Origin: Octopus vulgaris
Taxonomy: Eukaryota
Direction: 5' to 3'
DNA: 64,000 nt
NCBI GenBank assembly: GCA_951406725.2
Contig: OX597831.1
Location: forward strand, 35,154,001 to 35,218,000
The translations under genes and the position numbers were made by a program. Positions 1 to 14,270 of this stretch are shown here, piece after piece. The first letter of the stretch is position 1. Every line of letters begins with the position of its first letter. Under the pieces are notes generated by a model, which made no database searches, was not told where the DNA came from, and saw only the letters and a program-made list of their open reading frames with translations.

Positions 1-716
1 TGTATATATATATAAATGGAAGTGCATATACATAAGTATGTTTCTTCAACTTGATTTACATGACAAAATATACAAAGACCATTAAGGCAGATGAAATACT
101 GTGAAACATTTCACCCAGCATGCTAATAATAGTAATGATAATAATAATGATTTCAAATTTTTCCATAAGGGCAGCAACTTTGAGGGAGGGGATGAGTCAA
201 TTACATTGACACCAGTGTTCAACTGGTACTTATTTTATTGGTCCCTAAAGGATGAAAGATAAAGTTGACCTCGGCAGAATTTGAACTCAGAATGTACCGG
301 AAGGTGAAATAACGCTAAGCATTTTGTTCAGCACGCTAACAATTCTGGCTGCTCACCGCCTTAGTAGTACTAGTAGTAGTAATAGTTCTTTCTACTGGAA
401 GCACAAGGCCTCAAATTTGGGGAAAGGGTTTGATTACATTGACCCCAGTGTGTAACTGGTACTTATTTAATTGAACTCAAAAGGATGAAAGGTGAGATAA
501 TAATAATGATAATATCTAGCAGGACCTGTGGATATCTTTTTCATAAATTTTTTATTAGGATACATAAGTTTAAAGATTTTTATGAAAATTTTTTTAATTA
601 GGTTAAGAATTCCAATACTGTCTTTGAATCTGTTCCATAGTTAAGGCTGTTGGACTACAGAAACAGCCTTGTGAGTGAATTTAGAGGTTGAAACTATGTA
701 GAAGCCCATTATGTAT

Positions 717-759
<43 letters not shown>

Positions 760-1123
760 TATGAGCAAAAGCCTCCCCCCCACGTCCAATGGACGGTGCT
801 GAGTTGTCAAACATTTAAACCAAATTTTCTCAAGACAACTTGTCCGACCGTCCCATAGGCCTCCCCTTTGAGAAACACTGATTTAACCTAAATTTGAGAC
901 ACCAGCAAAAGACGGATTTCAACTGACGTACTTGTGCGTACAAATGCATGTTCCCATGGCTTTATCGATCGCATTCTCACCTGGAATTGATTTTTGTAAT
1001 TTTTTCAAGACTTATACATGCCCTGATACCGTCGGTATCTTCATATCAAATTTGAGCGCAATCGGATGGAGGATGCCTGAGATCCTAGAAGACATACACA
1101 CAGACAGACAGAACGGATTTTAT

Positions 1124-1158
<35 letters not shown>

Positions 1159-3377
1159 ACATCATCATCATTTAACATCTGTTGTCCATGCTGGCATATA
1201 TATGTATGTATATATGTATTTATGTATGTGTGTCTCTCTCTCTTTGTGTCTGCATTTGTCAACTGTTGGTTTGTTTATGTTCCCCATAATCTTGCAGTTC
1301 AGTAAAAGTGACTGATAGAATAAGTACCAGACTTACAAAAAATACAAAATGAAAAAAAAAAAGAAAAACAGAAATAAAAAACAAAATAACAAAACAGACA
1401 AACCCCGTAAGTACTTGGTTTGATTTATATCATTAAAACTCTTCCAAGTGGTAGGCCAGCATGGCTGCAGTTCAGTTCGATAACTGAAACAAGCAAACAA
1501 TGAAAAATAAAAGGAGATACTGTACCAGCTGCGGAATATGTTTTGTTGTACAGAATTAAAATGCAACAGATTTTGAGGGCATAATAGTATTGGCTAAAAA
1601 GGAAGGAGAAACGAAAAGAACAATGTATATTGAATTGCTGCTAATCCAGTATTGAACAGCTGTAGATGCCATGGAAGGAAGGTAGCAGGGAGAATATTGA
1701 ATAATGGAAGACAGTTTTAAGGAAGTGATTATCTATGTTGCTTCCTATGATTTTACTGACAAAACAAAAAAAAACAAAACTATGGAACAAGATTTGATGT
1801 CACTTATTTCGAGGTTTTATTTATTTATTTATTTTTGTTCAGCCTCCTTGGACTATATTAGTATACAGCTATCTTTCTTTATTGCATGCATTTGGTCCCC
1901 ACCACTGCTGCCCCCTCCAACACCATGTTTAATTAATCGGTGATAGATGACTAATAGAACCTATGAGAAAAATAGGTTTCGTCCCAAGACTCAAGGTTCT
2001 GAACTTTGAGGATGGTTGGTTGGGGTATGCTTTTGTGGTCCTAGCAGAACCTTTGACCAATTGCAGATCCATGATATCATAGATCAATTTGTGATAAGCA
2101 TTACACAGCAGGACCATCTTAGCAGCTTTCTAGCCAGCCACCACCTCATTCCCAGGCAAATCAAAGCACTAAGCCCTAATGTATTGACTGCAAGCCACAA
2201 TATACATAGATCAGAATCGTACCCTTTGGCCCTATGTCAGGTCACTTTCAAGTGCTGTTGGTAACATGTTAACCAATACAGCCTGTCGCATCATCGGGTT
2301 GTTGGCAACTAAACCGGCAACTCCACTAAGCTTGCTTGGTGAGGAGAGTGATGAGGACACCTGTAGGTTGAAACACAAAACCTGTCAAAGGGCGGAGGAA
2401 CTTGTGAGAATCAACGGTCACCCAATAGTGTGGAGGAGTTAATCTCAATGATCAAATAAAAACTTAAGCCTGGATCATGGAAAAGTCATGGGGAGCAGCA
2501 TGGTGGATATGAGGTTGAGCGAATTGATCTTCATTTGCTTAAACTACATGTCATGGTGTGAGTTGATAGAACTGGTGATTTGAAAACACTACAGAGTTCT
2601 AGAACCCCGCAGTGCCACCAGTTGAAGTTAGATGACTAGAAGAAATACTTGTAGTAGTAATAGTAGTAGTAACAGGAGTAGTGAACCCACGAAGATCTCT
2701 GGACAACTGCCCATTAGGCCCATGCCTTAAGACAGCCTTTGAAAACAGTTCACGATTAGTCTCTGGATTAGTGATGAATTAATTAGAGACAAATTAGGAT
2801 AGGCATAGTATCTAATGTATTCTGATAGATCACTGATTCATGTTATAGATCCATTTGTAATAAGTGTAACAGTTCACAGTTAACACTCCATGCTATCCCA
2901 GATCTCTGATGAATAAATCAATTATAAATAAGGATACATGTGTGAACTAATATCTCCCTTTTTAAAGATGGTGTGGTTTGTGTGAGTTTTGGTTGCTATT
3001 TCTAACCAGCCAAGTGGCTGTGTGAGAGATTTTGGATGCTATTTCTAACTGGCCAAGCAACTGTGTAGAGTTTCATGCTTTGTTGGTTAGGCCGATGATG
3101 TGATAATGGTGTGACGGGTGTTAAAGCTATATTTATTTCTTTAGTAACAAATATTTTGAAAGAAAGTGGGTTAAATATTTCAACTATTGATTGTGTGAGA
3201 GAGAGAAAGGAGGATAGAGAAAAATATGATAGATATATACAAAGATAGAGAAATGGAGGTGGATAAATTGATGGATAGATAGACACAAGCAGAGAGCTAG
3301 ACAGATAGATGCATAAAAAATAGGAAGATAAACATATAGGTTGACGAATAGACATGCAGACAAACTGACAGGGAGAC

Positions 3378-3426
<49 letters not shown>

Positions 3427-3437
3427 TATATATACAT

Positions 3438-3639
3438 TCTTTACTCTTTTATTGTTTCAGTCATTTGACTGTGGCCATGCTGGAGCACCGCCTTTAGTTG
3501 AGCAAATCACCCCCAGGACTTATTGTTTGTAAGCCTAGTACTTATTCTATCAAGTCTCTTTTGCCGAACCGCTCAGTTAAGGGGACGTAAACACACCAGC
3601 ATCAGTTGTCAAGTGATGTTGGGGGACAAACACAGACAC

Positions 3640-3682
<43 letters not shown>

Positions 3683-3854
3683 CATACATACGACGGGCTT
3701 CTTTCAGTTTCCATCAACCAAATCCACTCACAAGGCTTTGATCGGCCCGAGGCTATAGTAGAAGACACTTGCCCAAGGTGCCACGTAGTGGGACTGAACC
3801 CAGAACCATGTGGTTTGTAAGCAAGCTACTTACCACACAGCCATTCTTACGCCT
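3438..3854 (-). mobile_element. SINE family A
   Basis: Reverse complement of the 22493-22915 family. Confidence 0.88.
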
Positions 3855-4339
3855 ATATATATATATATAATTAGACAGACAGACAGTTAATGAAGAACAA
3901 TTAATTTCAGAATTTTTGTTCAAAGCGGCAAAAAATAAAAGTCTATCTCTGGAGTCAATTGATTCTTAAATTTCAGAGCAGTATGCCATATAATAACTAA
4001 TTAAGTCATTTTCCCACTCAGATTGCAAAGAATGTAAATTGGGGGTCCAGATATTAATTAGAACCTTAGTTAATCTTTTCAAAAAAAAAAAAGCAGATTT
4101 TCTTGTTAGGTAACTTGCCCACCTGTACTATTATGTTACTGGTGTGAACCAACTCCTATATTCCTTATTGCATTGTTTTATTAGGCAGTTAGGTAATATC
4201 CGAGATATAAGGAGTTTTAATGTTAATTGAGGTTTTATTGTTATTTTTGTACTCTTAATGTTCTGATTTTAATTAAAGGGTCCCAGATGGTGTGTTCATA
4301 TTTATGATAGGCCTACTGAGAAGGTTATTCAGCCACAAA

Positions 4340-4403
4340 ATGTGTGGTGTGTGTGTGTGTACATACACACACACATAGATATATACACATGTATGTATGC
4401 ATA

Positions 4404-4436
<33 letters not shown>

Positions 4437-4716
4437 GCATGCATGTATACATATGTATGCATGTATACATATGTATGCATGTATATGTATGTATGTATAT
4501 ATACATGTATATGTATGTATGTATACATGTATATATATGTATGTATGTATACATGTATATATATGTATGTATGTATACATGTATATATATGTATGTATGT
4601 ATACATGTATATATATGTATGTATGTATACATGTATATATATGTATACATGTATATATATATGTATGTATACATGTATATATATATGTATGTATACATGT
4701 ATATATATATGTATGT

Positions 4717-4765
<49 letters not shown>

Positions 4766-4775
4766 CACACGTGTA
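4340..4775. repeat. Compound TA/TATG/CATG microsatellite
   Basis: Repeated GTATACATGTATATATAT-like units. Confidence 0.95.
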
Positions 4776-6412
4776 TAGAGTGTTAGGTGTGATGTACAGA
4801 ATTGAATATTGAGAGAAAAAAGTTTGAATATTGGAAAAAAATCCTTTTATTTCTTCATTATTATTAGTGCTTTCGTACATATATATGTAAATATATATAC
4901 ATATATTTATGTATGTATATATATATATATATGTGTTTGTGTGTGTGTATGTTTGTATAAATACCTCATAAGCACATGATCATAAAAGAAACTGACAAGT
5001 TTTCTAACCTCAAAACAGTTAAAAAGCTATCATAGAAACGACCTGTCAACAACGTCAACATTGAAGAAAGATACATGAGTGACAAATTAACAACTGTAAT
5101 TAGTGCATCATTAAATCATATATGTCCCAAAAAAAAAAGAAAACAAACACAAAATAAACAGAAAACCCTTGCAGTAATGAGATGAAGCTGAATAGTAACA
5201 TTGCTCGTAAGGCTTTTAGGAATATTATTTCCATTAATGAATTAGAAACGTGGTTTCAGCATGTGCTTGTGACCTTTACAGGCCCTGTTTGTTATGAATT
5301 GCCGTTGGTTGATTCTAGTTGGGAGATGGGGTAGGAATGATCTGCTCAGAGAAAGGGGTCCCCTTAGACAGGAGCAGCATTTCTGGGTTAGGCAGACGAG
5401 ATGCAGTAGGGATAATGAAAGCAGTACTAGCAGTAGTTGTAGGAGGAGAAAGAAGTAGGTGACCTTGGGCTGTGGTATGTACAGCTTTCTTATTCAAAGC
5501 GGTAAAGAGACAAAAAAGAAACATCTGTCGCGCAGCAGGGTTTAGTGTGTCATGTCACTGAGTGTGTGTTTTTGTTAAGATGAGATGAATGGTGTTGCTT
5601 TGCATTTTAATGTGCACCGTGACGTTGTTGTTATGCTTTTTGGTCCCAGGTAAAGCAGACCTATTGATCACAGACGTTCCAGCCATGACCATTTGGTCTC
5701 CACTTCAAACACTGTATCTGTTGTTTCAGTATCTGAGATCTTCTTCCCTATTAGTAAAGCTGTAAAACAGTGTTTCTCAACCAGAGTTCCTTTACCATGA
5801 CTCTGGGTTCTGCATAAGGCTGTCAGGGGTTCTGCATGAAGTTGTTAGGGCTTCAGCATAAAGTTGCTTGGAATTAAGCCTAAAACCACTAGAAGGTTTT
5901 GCTAGAGATTCTGCCAGAATTAGTGATAAATATACAAATTATAGGGAAAATATATTTTGGAGTCATTTTCGTGTTTTACGCACGTGCGTGCACACACACA
6001 CACACACACAGAGACTATCATCATCCTTTAACATCTGTCTTCTATGCCAGCATCAGATGGATTGTTTGACAGATGCTGGCTAGCCAGAGAACTATGTCAA
6101 GCTCTGTTATCTGCTTTGACACAAAAAAGTAAATGTAAAGATTAGATATAGCAGCCCTAAATGTATCCCTCTTCATGCATGATGGGTTAAAAGTCATAAT
6201 GCTGACTTGTTAACACTTCAGCCTCAACTTGACACTGACAGGATACTCTGTCCAGTCTTAATACCTAGTTTTGTTGATTGAACAATGGTTTGGAACAAGG
6301 TAAAGGAAAATGACTTGCCCAAGGACATAACTTGTTTTCCACACTGCTGATTGAACTCATGCTCTTTTGATTGAAATGCCAGTTGCTAATCACTACACCA
6401 AAGACTATTTAA

Positions 6413-6633
6413 CCCTTTTGATACCAACCCGGCCAAAACCGCCTCTGGCTCTGTAGTACAAATGTCTTGTTTTCATAAGTATTGAATGAAAATCTTCCAC
6501 CAAACCTTAGTCACAATTTATGTTCCCAACACTAGATTAATGATAACTAAGTTCTTTTATTAAATTCTTTGTTATATTTAAAGTAATTGAAAGAAAGACA
6601 GAGCATCTCAAAATAAATACGGTAATGAAAGGG
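6413..6633. mobile_element. piggyBac-type MITE (TTAA TSD)
   Basis: TTAA|CCCTTT...AAAGGG|TTAA. Same ~220-bp family recurs in the opposite orientation at 37867, 38110, 54530, 54782 and 57492. Confidence 0.88.
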
Positions 6634-9329
6634 TTAAAGGCCAGTGACTGCTCAGTGTCCCACAAATACATTAAATTCGAAACATTTGTAGAGAAGTTCT
6701 GAGGGCCGCCAGCAAACACCTCATTGGTCTATTTGTGGGTTATGATCCACCTGTTGAAAACCCTTAGCCCCAAGCCTTCGGGATACAGTTATTGAACTAT
6801 CAACTAGTTATAGATAGTGAGGGATCATCGCAAATAGTGACACCTGGTATTCATTGATACAATTGTCGTGTGATCGCTTGCATTAATTTCATCTCATGTT
6901 TCTAACGAGCTGTCATCAGAGTCACATTTAGGTATAAAGTGAACAAGCTATAGGTTGGAGAAGAAGTGGTGTGTATATGGGGTTGGGGGGGCTTTCAAAA
7001 TCTGTTTGTTATTTGCATTCATTAGTTTTATTATGGATTATAGTCAAATGATGATTTAACCCAATTAAGCCAATTAACAATATTAACGAATTGTATGAAA
7101 TCATTTACACATATTTGTGAGATTTCATTATTTTGTAGTTATTATGTTCATAAAAAAAAGCAATCTTGTCTCTCACCAGCTGGATCCATTTATTGTCATA
7201 ATCATTTAGCCCCAGGTCAACTCCGATGAAGCAGACACAAGATCAAAGTCATTTCAGCCATGACTTACTAGTGGAGCTGGTGTGTGTTGGGGGGCACTTT
7301 TAAAGGAGTGGCACATTTGGGTCTGTTATGGGCAGTATGTGTTTTTTGTTGGGGTCTGGGGGTGGCAAGCCCATTATTGATTTCTCTCGCTGTTGCTTTT
7401 ATAATCTACATTTTCTGACTTCCCCTCTTCAGTAAACCCTTGTCTTTGCTTTGTTCTTCTTTTAAAGATTCTTAATCCATTTTATTTTCTGTCTATAAAC
7501 TAGCCAGAGGATGAGGAGAATGGTACAAATTATGTTAGACTTGGTTGATATCAGGAAGGGCATCTAGTCTGCAGAAACCATGCCAAAGATGTTCTGACTT
7601 GCCAGCTCCTGCTGAACTGCCTAATCCATGCCAGCATGGAAAACAGATGTTAAATGGTGATGAAGTAAAAAAAACAAAAAAAACATAGGCAGTGAGCTTC
7701 CTCTGGTGATTCTCATAAGTTCTGTAAAATCTGTTATCTCTGTTCACTACCTATGTCTCCTCTCCATCCCCACCACCTCATGTTATTATTTGGTTCTTAT
7801 TTTATCAATGTTGGGGAGTGAAACTGTACACTCCTCCCGGTAAAAAGTGGTAGTAGGCAGCCATTATAAATAGACCAGTAGCCAGTCAAGAGTATGTGTA
7901 GACTGTGTTGCTAGTCATGTCTGTGCTGATATAGTAATCGTACTGTGATACTGAGTGGACTTTATAACAATCCAACCTTTTGAGGATAATAACACTGTAC
8001 GGCTGGGGGTCGTACAGTGTCAGATAGAACCATCCTATTAATGACTTCGGAATATAACAATATCTGTCAGAGTGACAACCATCGTCAAAAGACAGATACA
8101 AGTAGCAAAAGACCGCTTTACAACAATCAAATATTGTCAAGGGACAGTGATGTCTATCTTCAGTAAAGACACTTTTTTAGTTGCAGTGAAGTTTTGTTTT
8201 GGAGCAGGGTTGGCAACCAACTTATATATCATCAATCCCTTTCCCAGAATCAGCGATAAGTTATCAAACCCCATAAATTTCTTGATAAATTTCTAAATAA
8301 AATTAAAAAGCATAATTTAGAAAAATTTCTTGATTACACACAAAAAAAAAGAAAAATAATGCCTTCATTTTTTTGTGTCATTATCAGTTTTTAATAAGGA
8401 ATATTTATAGAAATTTAATGCAAGTGCTAAACAAAATTGATAAAGAAGAATAAAATTTCATTCATATTGCTAGAGTTGGAATATTTAATGCTCATCAACT
8501 GCTTGGATAACCATATAGAATCTCAGAGCTCAATATTTACCACTTTGCTGGTGTCTGTTCTTAAGTAAAAAGTATTCAAGTGATGAAAGAAATGTGATCC
8601 TCCAACTCACCTAGTAGGACAGTAACTCTGAATAAGAACTTGATCAGACCGTAACAACTCATTCAACCCATGCCAGCTTGGAAAGAATATTTAAAACCGT
8701 AATAATGATGATATTGATGATGATGATGTTGGTGACGATGATTAGAGGAGCAGTGAATTTTGATCACGTTTTAAATTAGAAATATTTGAAATATTGAGAA
8801 TATTTGAATTACAAATTGACAGATCAAGCATGTCTTTGTAGAGAAACCCTGGAGGTTTCTCATTTCAGTGACTACAGACACGCCTACATTTTAAAGTCCA
8901 ACATTAAAGCTAAAATACTATAAAACAAACAACTGCCTATATCTGGAAGCTTTGTGTCTGTTTTCCTTTCTTTATTTTATTCATTTATTTATTTTCACTT
9001 TAAATGGAGATAATTATTCTCTGGACCTTTGGGATAAGATAATGATGCCTGTTCAACGGAACACGAGGCTTTTGATAAAGAGTAAAGACAAGCTTGTGTT
9101 TATTGTATATCTTTAATACTATTGCAAAAAGCAAAGTTCAACAACACTGCCATCACCTAGATATTTGATATTATTTATCTATAAGTCAATGAGGGTAGCC
9201 TGTATGTGGTTTCTTAACTTACTAGAAATAGCAGTCAAGTTTCTCAAATCATGCTCAACTTTTCTTTTATGTGCTCCAATGAAAGGCTGTGACTATGCTG
9301 GAACACCACCATTATCATCACCATTCCAA

Positions 9330-10400
9330 TGGTTATTCTAATGTGGTTGGCTGTTGATGAATGAAGGAAGTTGACATTTGCTGCTCACATTTGAGTTTCT
9401 TGTAGTGTAGGCTCATCTGGCACTTGGATAGCTGATGGTCAATGTGTTTTTTAAAATCATCTACCCCCAATCCATGTAGATCCCTCAAATCTTTTGGCAA
9501 CACATTTAGCAGCTGTGGGCCCTTGAAGCTCATGCTATTAGAATATCTGGTCTTTACTCTAGTTGGCATGGTTGGGACCACTGACCCAGTGCATTGACAT
9601 TCTGTTTGCGGATTGGCTCTTGATGCCAATGTTTGGTGCTAGCTCCACCAGGATTCTCCATATGTACTGGGACTGATGTATACATTTACCATTTTTAAAC
9701 AAAGTGAAACATTTTCGTTTGCAGAAGTAGTTGCAAGTGTTGTATAATGTTTCCTAACATCCTTTTGTTTTATTTGTTTATTCTTAATTAAGTATAATGG
9801 CTAAAACAAAACATGAACAAATTGTAGCATTTGTTTAAAGAATTAATTCATCATCATCGTTTAACATCCATTTTCCATGCTGGCATGGGTTGGACGGTTT
9901 GACTGAGGTCTGGAGAGCCAGCGACTGCACCAGGCTTCAATCTGATCTGGCAATGTTTCTACAGCTGGATGCCCTTCCTAACACCAACCACTCCTTGAGT
10001 GGTAATAAAACGGTTGAGAAAAGATTAAAGGCTATGGCAAAGGATGGCCATTTTGAATTGTAAATATATGTAAAATATTGTCAATAAATATAACAATCAA
10101 CATGTAAATTTTAATTTACCAAACCTAAAACTGTTCATTTTATGATAGAATGAATAATATATGCTGCACCCAGTATACCACTGCATATCTTTCCTGTCTT
10201 CGCTCCAGAGGGTACACTTGTAATTCTTGCAGCCCCTTCCAGTAATTCTACTGTTTGTTTGAAGCATTCTTGAATTGTGTTGAGTTCCGATATTAATTTG
10301 ACTCTGTGTGAGATGACCACAGATAAGAGCAGTAGTCCAGATGGCTGAGGGAAAACATTTTCCATTTGGCCAGCACAGTTTCCCCGATCCCACGTTTTGA
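9330..10400 (-). mobile_element. Degenerate CR1-group LINE 3' end, split by an insertion
   Basis: LQELQVYPLERRQERYAVV|YIWRILVELAPN...NSMSFKGPQLLNVLPKDLRDLHG. The frame is restored when 9667-10173 plus one TA is removed. Confidence 0.8.
9667..10173 (+). mobile_element. Non-autonomous Tc1/mariner derivative with TA TSD
   Basis: TA|CTGGG...CCCAG|TA ends. Residual transposase C-terminus RLKAMAKDGHFEL* at ~10022-10063. Contains a nested retroposon at ~9849-10002. Confidence 0.65.
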
Positions 10401-11555
10401 CCATTTATTTAATTTTTTTTTCAATTATGATTTAAAAGAAAATGGAGGGTGCATTGAATTATGTAGCTTTGAGAAAAATAATGGTTGAAAAAGATAGGAT
10501 GGTCATGGTGAGATTGCCTTTGATCTTAGATGTGCCTATTCAGCACTGACCTGGAACTAAACAATAAATAACAGTATTGTTTATCTACTCGCAAAAACAA
10601 TTAACTCAGATTAAATTAGTTCTCAAGACATTGAAACAAAAAAAAAAAAAAAGGACAAAAATACAATTGAAGATAGATTACTTGTAATCTTTTATTATCC
10701 AGTATTAAGTTTCTGTAAAGTAAGAGTAGTGTAATTAATTGCCGAATCGTTAAACAACTAGGCTTAATGAGACAGATAGCACTGCTGCCGTCTTTGCAAT
10801 CACCAGATTCTTGATTGATGGAATTACATGTCATTTAGCAGCAGCTGAGACAATTAAAAGAAGAATTCTTGTGTTTTCCATTCATTTCGGTCTTGTAGAC
10901 ATTTCATGTTTTTGTCTTATTTATATTTTATTTTATTTTATTTTATTTTATTTTACGGCGTAATTTGTGCAAACAGTAGCGAGTGTGATTGGGTGATTGA
11001 TGTCCAATGAACCAACCAATCACTGCTTCACGGCACTTCTGATGTTGGGAGTATCTGTAACTAGGTGCAGAACAAATATCCCAAGCAACATATCTTTCAA
11101 ATGAAATCTGCAAAAGATATGCACAAAAAAAAACATGCACATGTACACATACACACGTGTTTGTGTGTGTGTGTGTCTGTGTAAACATGTGTGTGTGTCT
11201 TTTGTCTATGTATACTAGCAATAGGTGTAGACGTGAGTGAGAAAACGGTGGGGGTGGGCGAATAATACTAGGTACAGTATGGCTGAAATGTTAGGTTGTT
11301 TGTTTTAAAACTCAAGGTCTTGGGTTTGATCCCATTGCATGGTATGTTGGGCATAAGTCAGTCCCTATAGCCTCAAGTTGACCCCAAACTTGTGAGCAAT
11401 ATTAAGTAGACGGAAACTATGCAACAGCACGTCGGATGGATTGTACATATAAATCAAAAGTACAACGTGGTCACACAGGGCATCATATTGATTCTACCTG
11501 AAAATTATACTAAGATTACTCGTGCTTATGGAATATTTAAATAAATTTAATGAAA

Positions 11556-11968
11556 GTGCAGGCATGGCTATGTGGTAAGACACTTGCTTCCCAACCACAT
11601 GGTTCCGAGTTCAGTCCCACTGCATAGCACTTTGGGCGAGTGTCTTCTTCTATAGCTTTGGGCTGATCAAAGCCTTGTGAGTGGATTTGGTAGATGGAAA
11701 CTGAAAGAAGCCTATCGTATATATGTATGTATTTATGTGTGTGTGTGTGTGTGTGTATCTGTGTCTATCCCCTCCCCCACCATTGCTTGACAACTGATGT
11801 TGGTATGTCTATGTCGCCGTAAGTTAGCAGTTCAGCAAAAGAGACCGATGAAATAAGTACTAGGCTTACAAAGAATGAGTTTTGGGGTTGATTTCTTTTG
11901 ACTAAAACCCTTTAAGACAGTGCTCCAGCATGGCCACAGCCAAATGACTGAAAAGAATGAAAGAATGA
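11556..11968 (+). mobile_element. SINE family A
   Basis: Same head, body and tail as 22493-22915. Confidence 0.85.
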
Positions 11969-12648
11969 AATACTTAATGAAATTGAGAAAGAAAACTGAA
12001 AAAAATTCATTCATATTTAATGTTTAGCAACCCTTTGGATAGCCACAACTGCTTTGCTGACCCCTGTTCTTGAGTACAGGACAGTGTAACATATGAACAA
12101 GACGGGGCCCTCCAACTCGGAGAAGCAGATAATTTAATTGATTAAATGATTGAAAACTCAAAACTGACAGAGAACCATCATCTGCCATCTGTTGGCTGGT
12201 TTCATATCTCCACCACTCAAGCACCTCCGACCTACTTCTCTACCACTCACCTCTCTGCCCCTCTGTGCTCCTGATGTATCCACCGCCCCTTTCCTTGTAC
12301 CAATTCCACTCTACCTAATTGTTAGTCCACAGAATATTGGATCCTGCTAGAACCTCCTCCCTACTCATGCCTTTCCTGCGGGTGTTGATCTGCAACAACG
12401 TAAGCCACAATAACAACATCAATCCAACCAATTTCAGAGAAACTGCGAGGGTCATGGGCAATGCTCCTTCCTCTATACTCAGCAGGTAATAAGGATAAAA
12501 GAAAAATAGTCACCTGTTAGGTGCAGGTGTGGCTTCCCATAGTTCCAAGTTCAGTCCCACTGCATGACGAACAAGTGTCCTCTGCTATAACCCTGTGCCG
12601 ACCAAAGCTTTGAGTGGATTTGGTGGACAGAAACTGAAAGAAGCCTGT

Positions 12649-12950
12649 TATGGCCCAGTGGTTAGGGCAGCGGACTCGCGGTCGGAGGATCGCGGTTTCG
12701 ATTCCCAGGCCGGGCGTTGTGAGTGTTTATTGAGCGAAAACACCTAAAGCTCCACGAGGCTCTGGCAGGGGATGGTGGCGAACCCTGCTGTACTCTTTCG
12801 CCACAACTTTCTTGCACTCTTTCTTCTGTTGGCCTGCTCGCTTAGCCAGCGGGGTGGCGTCATTTGAAGGCTAAGACAATGCGAAGCGCATTGTGACCAG
12901 CGATGTGTAACAACATCTGATAGCCTGGTCGGTCATGGTGGTCACGGTGA
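12649..12950 (+). mobile_element. SINE family C inserted in a family A copy
   Basis: tRNA-like head directly after AAGAAGCCTGT of a family A SINE that starts at ~12520. Confidence 0.8.
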
Positions 12951-12984
12951 TATATATATATATATACACACACACACATACATA

Positions 12985-14270
12985 CACACATGTATATTAC
13001 TCTCTCGACTTGGTCAGTCACAAAAGACCATGTGTACACCTAAGAGGTTCCCTTTCGAGGTACAAGTCTGGGTGGGAAGTCTCCTCACCGGTGAACGCAA
13101 ACCTAGGGGTGTTTTTATGGAAGACCAGCAGTCACCCATGCATACCAGCCTCCCCTTCTCCACACCACCGATGGCAAAGGTGCCAATACAGCCTTGCACC
13201 AGTGACTCATTTCTACAGTGAAGTGAACTGGAGCAATGTGAAATAATGTGTCTCACTCAAAAACACAACGCATAGCCCGGTCTGGGAATTGAACTCACAA
13301 CCTCACAATCGTAAGCTCGATGCTCTAACCACTGAGCCATGCACCTTTACACACATGCATATAGTGAAGGCATGTGGCTTAGTGTTTAGGGTAACTTGCT
13401 CATGAGTTCAATTCCTGGTGACACGTGTCCTTGAGCAAGACACTAAATTTCACATTGCTCCAGTCCACTCAGCTGGCAAAATAGAGTTGTGCCTGTAATT
13501 CAAAGGGCTGGTCTTGGCATATTCTTTTTCATGCTGAATCTCCCTGAGAACTACATTAAGGATAAATAATATGTCTGTGGAGTGCTCAGCCATTTGTATG
13601 TTAATTTCATGAGCAGGCTGTTCTGTTGATCTGATTAACTGGAACCCTTGTTGTTGGAACTGATGGAGTGCCAGTTATGTGTGTGTTTGTTTGTTTGTGT
13701 TTGTCCTCCATCATTGCTTGACAACTGGTGTTGGTGTGTTTACATCCCCATAACTTAGTGATTCAGCAAAATTGACCAATAGAATAAGTACCAAGTTTTT
13801 AAAAACAAAAGTAGTGGGATTAATTCATTTGATTAAAATTCTTCGAGGCAGTACTCCAGCATGGCCACAATCTGATGACTGAAAAAAAGTAAAAGATAAC
13901 AGTTAAAAGGCCCATATAAAGGGGGATAGTGCAGGCACACGGCTCAGTGGTTAGAGCATCAGGCTCACAATTATGAGACAGTGAGTTCGATTCTCAGACT
14001 GGGCTGTGTGTTATGTTCTTGAGCAAGACACTTTACTTCACATTGCTTCAGGTCGCTCAGCTGTAGAATTGAGCTGCGATGTCACTGATGCCAAGCTCTA
14101 TTGATCTTTGCCTTTCTCTTGAATAACATTGGTGGCATGGAGAGGGAAGGCTGGTATGCAAGAGTGACTGCTGGTCTTACATAAACCACCTTGCCCGGAC
14201 TTGTGTCTTGGAGGGAAAATTTATAGGTGCAATCCCATAGTTGTTCATGATAGAAGGAGTTCTTTACTCT
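12985..14270. mobile_element. Cluster of family C-related SINEs (12985-13350 -, 13365-13676 +, 13935-14270 +)
   Basis: tRNA-like heads plus a CTTGAGCAAGACACT block; the family A 3' half resumes at ~13680-13900. Confidence 0.7.

Noticed and set aside
4273-4880. Multiple 130-180 aa ORFs (YI/HT/CV-rich)
   Set aside because: Translations of TA/CA/TATG microsatellites, which lack stop codons. The same applies at 20836-21235, 22036-22328, 32737-33178 and 46376-46887.
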